The notes under the pieces are model-generated. The model had not been told where the DNA came from. It made no database searches and saw only the letters and a program-made list of their open reading frames with translations. From an uncultured Planctomycetales bacterium (GTDB lineage Bacteria; Planctomycetota; UBA1135): DNA of 36,164 bases. The position numbers were made by a program, and so were the translations under genes. The DNA is taken from the NCBI GenBank assembly GCA_964643675.1, contig CAZXTO010000002.1, forward strand, positions 1-36,164, read 5' to 3'. How positions within the stretch are numbered: position 1 is the first letter of the stretch; the number at the start of each line of letters is the position of its first letter. Positions 31,418 through 36,164 of the stretch are shown in pieces.

Positions 31418-32179
31418 ATGGCAGCTCCTTGGGCCCTCGACCGGACCCTGCGGTCCCGGTATGAATGCAAGTACCTCATTTCAGAGGACTTGGCGCGGGA
31501 GATCCGTAAGTTCGCCCAGCCCTACGTGGAGCTGGACTACTTCTCGGCGCAGCAGCCGGACCACCGCTACGCGGTCCACAGCCTGTACCTCGACGGGCCC
31601 TCCCACGAGCTCTACGAGACCACTCGCCGGGGCCTGAAGAACCGCTTCAAGCTGCGCATCCGCGGCTATGACGCCAAGCCGGAGTCGCCGCTCTTCATCG
31701 AGGTGAAGAAGCGCGCCGACCGGGTGATCATGAAGCGGCGCGCGCTGGTCTCGCGGCCGGCGGCGCAGGCGCTGCTGAGCGGTCAGGCCATGCCCGAAGG
31801 CACCGACACCAGCCTGCGCGACTTCGCCGAATTCCGCGGCCTCGCGGCCCGCCTGGCGGCGAAGCCGGCGGTCTACGTCTCCTACCTGCGGGAGGCCTAC
31901 GAAGCCGGCGGCCCCGAGCCGGCCCGGATCACCTTCGACCGGAACCTCCACCACGCGGTGGTCGGCGCCGGCGCGCCCTTCGCCTTCGACCAGCTCGACT
32001 GGCGGCCGACGCCCTGCGAGGGCACGATCCTGGAGCTCAAGTACACCGACGCCTGCCCGCAGTGGATCGAGATGCTGATCGAGACCTTCCAGCTGGCTCG
32101 CCGCTCGGTCGCCAAGTACGTGATGTGCCTCGAAGAGGCGCTGCAGCGTTACCCGCACTCCAACGCCTTCCATGGATAG
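31418..32179 (+). CDS. VTC-domain (CYTH-like triphosphate tunnel, polyphosphate-polymerase-like) protein, 253 aa
   Basis: RYECKYLI (E-x-K on the first strand), NRFKLRIRGYD, LFIEVKKR and TILELKY resemble the charged tunnel-lining strands of VTC/CYTH domains. No TM segments are present. Confidence 0.85.
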   Translation: MAAPWALDRTLRSRYECKYLISEDLAREIRKFAQPYVELDYFSAQQPDHRYAVHSLYLDGPSHELYETTRRGLKNRFKLRIRGYDAKPESPLFIEVKKRADRVIMKRRALVSRPAAQALLSGQAMPEGTDTSLRDFAEFRGLAARLAAKPAVYVSYLREAYEAGGPEPARITFDRNLHHAVVGAGAPFAFDQLDWRPTPCEGTILELKYTDACPQWIEMLIETFQLARRSVAKYVMCLEEALQRYPHSNAFHG

Positions 32180-32876
32180 CCTCGACGGCCTGCTGCGGCT
32201 GTTCGCCCAAGGCGGCTCGACCACCCCGGCCTACACGCCGGAGGCGATGGCGCTGTCCTTGCTGCTGGCCTTCGTGATCGGGCAGTTCCTGGCCTGGGTC
32301 TACCTGCGCATCCACAGCGGCCTGTCCTACTCGCGGACCTTCACCCAGTCGCTGGTGCTGCTGACCATGGTCGTGGCGCTGGTGATGTTCGTGATCGGCA
32401 ACTCGATCGTCACCGCCTTCGGCCTGATCGGCGCGCTCGCGATCATCCGCTTCCGCAACGTCCTCAAGGACACGCGGGACACGGTGTTCGTGTTCTTCGC
32501 GCTGGTGATCGGCATGGCGATCGGCTCCCAGCGGCACCTGGCGGCGATCATCGGCGCGCTGGCGCTGGCCTTCGTCTCCTTCTACCTCCACTTCACCCGC
32601 TTCGGCTCGCTGTCGCCCTTCGACGGCCACCTCAACTGCCGCCTCAGCGGCGAGGGCCGCGACGCCGCCGACGGCGCCCTCTCCGGCGTGCTGCGCGCCC
32701 ACTGCCGCAGTGCCCGCCGGGTCTCGGTGCGCGAGGCCGGCGGCGGGGCCGAGTACGTCTACCAGGTGCGGCTGCGCGACCCCGGCCGCAGCGGCGACTT
32801 CGTGGCCGCGATCGAAGGCCTGGCCGGCATCGGCGAGGTCGGCCTGGTGCTGCGCGACGAGTACGCCGAGATCTGA
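32172..32876 (+). CDS. DUF4956-family multi-pass membrane protein with C-terminal soluble domain, 234 aa
   Basis: It overlaps the VTC gene by 8 nt. There are four to five hydrophobic helices. GLIGALAIIRFRNVLKDTRDTVFVFFALVIGMAIG matches my recollection of the DUF4956 core (..VRFR..IKD..D..F.F.....G...G). Confidence 0.8.
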   Translation: MDSLDGLLRLFAQGGSTTPAYTPEAMALSLLLAFVIGQFLAWVYLRIHSGLSYSRTFTQSLVLLTMVVALVMFVIGNSIVTAFGLIGALAIIRFRNVLKDTRDTVFVFFALVIGMAIGSQRHLAAIIGALALAFVSFYLHFTRFGSLSPFDGHLNCRLSGEGRDAADGALSGVLRAHCRSARRVSVREAGGGAEYVYQVRLRDPGRSGDFVAAIEGLAGIGEVGLVLRDEYAEI

Positions 32877-32879
32877 TCC

Positions 32880-34019
32880 GTGCGCAAGGTCCCCATCCCC
32901 CTCGGCCGTCGATTCGACGACTTCCGCCGCCGGGCGCTGCCGCTGGCGGTGTGGCTCGCGGCGGTCTTCGGCGTGGTCCAGCTGGTCCAGCTGCGCGGCA
33001 GCCAGGTGGAGTTCCTGGGCCTGGCCGAGGTCAGCGAGCTGGTGGTGACGGCCCCGGCCGACGGCACCATCGCCGAGCTGGCGGTCGAGCTCTACGACCC
33101 GGTCGCCTCCGGCCAGGTGCTGGCGGTCTTCGATCCCGAGCCGCTCAGCGCCCGGATCCGCACCTCCGCCGCCGAGGTCGAGCGCCTGGCGGCCGAGCGC
33201 GCCGCGGTGGCGGCCGAGCTGGCCTCCCAGGCCGAGGTGATCAGCAACGACTGGGAGAAGGACGCCCGCCGCTTCCAGGTCGACGCCGCCGACCTGCGGG
33301 TCGAGCTGCTGCAGGCGCGGGTCGAGCTCGAGGCCGACCGGGTCGAGCTGGAGCGGCGCCGGGTGGCCTACCAGCGGGCCCAGTCCCTGGTCGAGTCGGC
33401 GGTGCTGTCCGAGGCCGAGGCCGAGGACCTGCTGCTCGCCAGCGAGGTGGTGGCGGCTCGGATCGAGGCCACCGTTGAGCTGGTCGCGCGCTTGGAGCTG
33501 GAGCACGACGCCGCCCAGACTCGGGCTCGCGCCTTCCTGGCCGCGGCGCCCGAGGAGCTGGTGGTGGAGCCGCGCTTGGCCGCGCTGCAGCGCGCGGTCG
33601 AGGTCGAGGAGCTGCGCATCGCCGAGATCGAGCTGGCGCGGGCTGCGTTGGTGGTGCGCTCGCCGTCCACCGGCCGCGTAGGCGCGCTGCTGGCCAGCGC
33701 CGGGCGCACCGTGGTGCTCGGGCAGGGCCTGCTCTCCGTCACCCCTTCGGTGGGGGAGGCGGTGACCTTCTACCTGCCGCCGGCGGCCAGCCACCAGGTC
33801 GCGGTCGGCGACCGGGTGCAGGTCCACCGTCCGGGCGAGCGGCAGACCGCCGAGGGCGTGGTGGCCGTGCTGGCTCCCGCGGTCGCCGAGATCCCGGCCG
33901 CGCTGTGGCGCGACCCGGCGGTGCCCGAGTACGGCCGCGCGGTGCGGCTGAAGCCGCAGCCGGGCTTGAGCCTGGTGCCGGGCGAGCCGGTGCAGGTGGC
34001 CTTGGTCGAGCGCGGTTGA
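32880..34019 (+). CDS. HlyD-family membrane-fusion (periplasmic adaptor) protein, 379 aa
   Basis: The GTG start lies 3 nt after the DUF4956 stop. There is an N-terminal anchor LPLAVWLAAVFGVVQLVQL. Split lipoyl-like halves are VVTAPADGTIAELAVELYDPVASGQVLAVFD and LVVRSPSTGRVGALLASAGRTVVLGQGLLSV, flanking a long A/E/R/L coiled coil. A C-terminal beta-barrel-like region follows. Confidence 0.75.
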   Translation: MRKVPIPLGRRFDDFRRRALPLAVWLAAVFGVVQLVQLRGSQVEFLGLAEVSELVVTAPADGTIAELAVELYDPVASGQVLAVFDPEPLSARIRTSAAEVERLAAERAAVAAELASQAEVISNDWEKDARRFQVDAADLRVELLQARVELEADRVELERRRVAYQRAQSLVESAVLSEAEAEDLLLASEVVAARIEATVELVARLELEHDAAQTRARAFLAAAPEELVVEPRLAALQRAVEVEELRIAEIELARAALVVRSPSTGRVGALLASAGRTVVLGQGLLSVTPSVGEAVTFYLPPAASHQVAVGDRVQVHRPGERQTAEGVVAVLAPAVAEIPAALWRDPAVPEYGRAVRLKPQPGLSLVPGEPVQVALVERG

Positions 34020-34035
34020 GGCTTCGGGCTCAACC
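34014..34035. terminator. Hairpin spanning both stop codons of the convergent adaptor and CotH genes
   Basis: GGTTGAG (34014..34020) pairs with CTCAACC (34029..34035). An inner C-G pair closes a TTCG tetraloop (34023..34026). The hairpin contains TGA 34017..34019 and the complement of TGA at 34030..34032. Confidence 0.35.
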
Positions 34036-36164
34036 CACCGTCAGCGCCAGGCCGTTGGTGAAGCTGGCGCTGCCGACGTCATAGGCCTGGAGCCACACCG
34101 GCAGGCCGGCGGCGCCGGCGGGGATCGCGGCCTGGAAGCTGCTGCTGCCGGCCCAATCGGCGCCCTGGCTGCCGACCAGCTGGATCGGATCGCTGAGGGC
34201 GGCGGGGCCATAGATCGTGTTGGTAGGGCCGCCGCCGGTGGTCGAGTAGCCGAGGTGCTGCACTCCGCCGGGGGTGCCGCCGGCGACCACGAAGGTGGCG
34301 GTCGCCCCGGCCTCGAAGCCGCGCGCCACCAGCGCCGGGCCGGAGGTCGAGGCAGCCAGCAGGCCCTGGTCGTCCCACAGCGCCAGCGACTCGCCGGGGT
34401 TCAGGTTGCCGCTGTAGGGGCCGACCACCAGCAGGCCCTGGCCGCCGGAGGGGCCGGTGCCGCGCAGGCGGAACTCGGTCGGGTTCTCGACCGCGTAGAC
34501 CGAGCCGCCGGGCACGACCACGGTTCCGGCCGGGAACACGTAGTCCACCCCGCCGCTCAAGGACCAGCCGGACAGGTCGACCGCCTCGGCGCCTGAATTG
34601 ACCAGCTCGATGAACTCCTCCTCCTCGTTGCCGGAGATCGGGTTGTCGTCGATGTCGCCGAAGGAGACCAGCAGGGCGGCTGACTGCGCGCCGGGCACCA
34701 GGCCGGCGTGGGTCTGGTAGAGGTGGGTGCGCCGCACCGGCAGGTAGAGGCTCCGGATCCGTCCCACCGCGGTGGCGAAGTCGTAGCTACGGTTGCCGTA
34801 GTTGGGCACGCCCCACTTGGCCTGGTCCAGCGCCACGTCCGCGGCCATCTCGAGCTCGAACTGGTCCAGCCGCTGCTCGTAGCGCAGCTCGGCGGCGGGC
34901 GTGCCCGGCTCCTGCAGCTGCTGGTCCATCACCGTGCGCAGCCGGCGCAGGTACATCTGCTGGATCTCGGGGACGCGGTAGCAGGCGTCGATCAGGCGGT
35001 TCCAGTAGCCGTCGACCTTCTTGTGGTTGCGGTCGCCGAACAGCGGGTGGCTGTAGGGGTCGTCGTTGGCCCAGATGGTGTCGTTGAGCACGCCGCCGCT
35101 GAGGGTGTAGTTGCGGCCGACGGTCAGGTCCTTGTCCCAGGGCAGCATGCGCCACAGCTGGTCGCCGTCGCTGTCGCGGTAGAGGTAGTAGTTCTTGTGA
35201 ACGTGGTCGTTGTCGTGGATCAGCGAGGTGGCCGCCAGGTAGCTGATCACCTGCGGGAGGTCGACGTTGTCGAACAGGTAGTGCTCCAGCGCGGTGCCGC
35301 TGAGCTGGACGCCGGCGACCAGGTCGCCGAGGTCTTGGTTGCCCTCCCAGAGGCGGGTCTTCTTCTCCACCTCCCAGGTCGAGCTGGTCAGCGGGTTGAA
35401 CATCTTGTACAGCGCGCCCTCGGAGTCGTAGCCGTGGCGCTCGAGCAGCTCCTCGTCGACCTGCTCGACGAAGGCGGCGACGCTGAAGAAGGCGCCGTTC
35501 TGCTGGATCCGGGCCGGGAAGCTGATGCTGCCGGGGCAGCCGGCCTCGGCGTAGGTCTCGAAGCACAGCGGCTGGCGCACGAAGGCCTTGTCGCCGTAGG
35601 TGGAGTTGAGGTTGATCTCCTCGACGCGCCCCAGGGCCGGGTCGAACAGGAAGTGGTCGCCGCTGTTGAAGTCGAACTTGTAGCTCTTCTTGGGCCAGCC
35701 CAGCGAGCTGCCGCCGCGCAGGCGCACGTGCACGTTGTCGTAGAACTGGTCGAGGTGCCACAGCGCGCAGCGGGTTCCGCTGCTGGTGTTGGCGGCGTTG
35801 GGGTTCTGGACGAACCAGTGGAACACCGGCAGCTGGTTGTGCGCGCCCGGGTCGGCGACCATCGCGCCGAAGTACTCGGGCGAGTCGGTCGGGTCGAGGA
35901 ACTGCGGCGCGCGCCCCTGGGCCGACCCGGGCTCGTCGGCGGTCACGTACCAGCGCAGCATCCCGCCGGGGGCGGCGGTGCCGGCCGCGATCTGGCCGGT
36001 GTGCACGCCGTCGCCGGCGAAGAGGTCGGCGCCGAGGCCCTGGTCGTTCATGCCGGTCACGAAGGTGCTGCCGTAGCCGCTGCGGAAGTGCAGATTGAGG
36101 CTGCCGGTGGCGCCGAGGCCGCCGACCACCTCGGCGGTGACGGTGATCGCGTCGGCGGCGGTGG
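34030..36164 (-). CDS. CotH-family atypical protein kinase with lamin-tail domain (LTD) and C-terminal beta-rich domain; N-terminus lies beyond the right edge (at least 711 codons in window)
   Basis: CotH blocks are present: GWPKKSYKFDF, EINLNSTYGDKAFVRQ, LIHDNDHVHKNYYLYRDSDGDQLWRMLPWDKDLTVG. LTD-like block: EEEFIELVNSGAEAVDLSGWSLSGGVDYVFPAGTVVVPGGSVYAV. The frame is open from 36129 to the window edge (..TAADAITVTAE precedes the track's first residue), so the track's start is not the true start. Confidence 0.9.
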   Translation of the reverse strand, partial: TAADAITVTAEVVGGLGATGSLNLHFRSGYGSTFVTGMNDQGLGADLFAGDGVHTGQIAAGTAAPGGMLRWYVTADEPGSAQGRAPQFLDPTDSPEYFGAMVADPGAHNQLPVFHWFVQNPNAANTSSGTRCALWHLDQFYDNVHVRLRGGSSLGWPKKSYKFDFNSGDHFLFDPALGRVEEINLNSTYGDKAFVRQPLCFETYAEAGCPGSISFPARIQQNGAFFSVAAFVEQVDEELLERHGYDSEGALYKMFNPLTSSTWEVEKKTRLWEGNQDLGDLVAGVQLSGTALEHYLFDNVDLPQVISYLAATSLIHDNDHVHKNYYLYRDSDGDQLWRMLPWDKDLTVGRNYTLSGGVLNDTIWANDDPYSHPLFGDRNHKKVDGYWNRLIDACYRVPEIQQMYLRRLRTVMDQQLQEPGTPAAELRYEQRLDQFELEMAADVALDQAKWGVPNYGNRSYDFATAVGRIRSLYLPVRRTHLYQTHAGLVPGAQSAALLVSFGDIDDNPISGNEEEEFIELVNSGAEAVDLSGWSLSGGVDYVFPAGTVVVPGGSVYAVENPTEFRLRGTGPSGGQGLLVVGPYSGNLNPGESLALWDDQGLLAASTSGPALVARGFEAGATATFVVAGGTPGGVQHLGYSTTGGGPTNTIYGPAALSDPIQLVGSQGADWAGSSSFQAAIPAGAAGLPVWLQAYDVGSASFTNGLALTVG

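Noticed and set aside
33100-33700. Apparent repetitiveness (GAGCTG/GCCGAG-rich) in the adaptor gene
   Set aside because: It reflects the Ala/Glu/Leu/Arg coiled-coil coding sequence and is not a DNA tandem repeat. I could find no fixed period or repeat unit.
32037-33827. Track ORF of 596 aa on the minus strand, and ORF 11439..12713 (-)
   Set aside because: They are antisense to the DUF4956/HlyD genes and to the Gfo/Idh/MocA gene respectively. No motifs are present, and the composition is typical of high-GC shadow ORFs. The same reasoning applies to 658..1788 (+), 1897..3378 (-), 2274..3671 (+), 4455..6392 (+), 7676..9286 (-), 12752..14182 (-), 12844..14451 (+), 14373..15833 (+), 15949..17820 (-), 20982..22454 (+) and 34787..35761 (-).
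1-36164. Search for tRNA, rRNA, CRISPR arrays, insertion sequences, integrases, and toxin-antitoxin or known defence genes
   Set aside because: By eye I saw none of the following:
- cloverleaf-like or rRNA-like non-coding stretch (the largest intergenic gaps are ~160 bp at 10372..10533 and ~95 bp at 31323..31417)
- regularly spaced direct repeats
- transposase or recombinase-like ORFs
- small paired ORFs

A covariance-model scan (tRNAscan/Infernal) would be needed to rule out small RNAs formally.

Overview
The window is very GC-rich by eye (roughly 70%, not computed) and densely coding. I support 24 protein-coding genes: two run off the edges and two look disrupted. I recognised no rRNA, tRNA, CRISPR array or transposase/integrase gene.

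Gene content is envelope and secreted carbohydrate or lipid catabolism:
- three Cys-type sulfatases, one fused to a phosphodiesterase and a beta-propeller glycosidase-like domain
- a two-propeller GH33 sialidase
- a ceramidase-like membrane hydrolase
- a DUF6807 (PmoA-like) / Tat-exported Gfo-Idh-MocA pair
- an Old-Yellow-Enzyme flavoprotein
- WG-repeat and prenyltransferase-repeat secreted proteins

This repertoire is reminiscent of Planctomycetota/PVC-type genomes. That is inference only.

The most interesting locus is at the right end (31.4-36.2 kb). A translationally coupled operon encodes a VTC-type triphosphate-tunnel (polyphosphate polymerase-like) protein, a multi-pass DUF4956 membrane protein and a HlyD-type periplasmic adaptor. 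It converges on a large CotH-family atypical kinase with a lamin-tail domain. I propose it as an uncharacterised envelope-spanning polyphosphate/phosphotransfer system.

Secondary observations:
- a tandem pair of about 900-aa PQQ-propeller + MA-type metallopeptidase-like genes, where the HExxH-bearing copy is frameshifted and the intact copy has lost the zinc ligands
- a histidine kinase cut by an in-frame TAG
- TANNNT boxes 6-8 nt upstream of ATG at five genes that head an apparent transcription unit, suggesting leaderless mRNAs
- a perfect 16-bp AT-rich palindrome on the sialidase promoter

Many long ORFs in the supplied track are antisense or off-frame artefacts of high GC content and were rejected.
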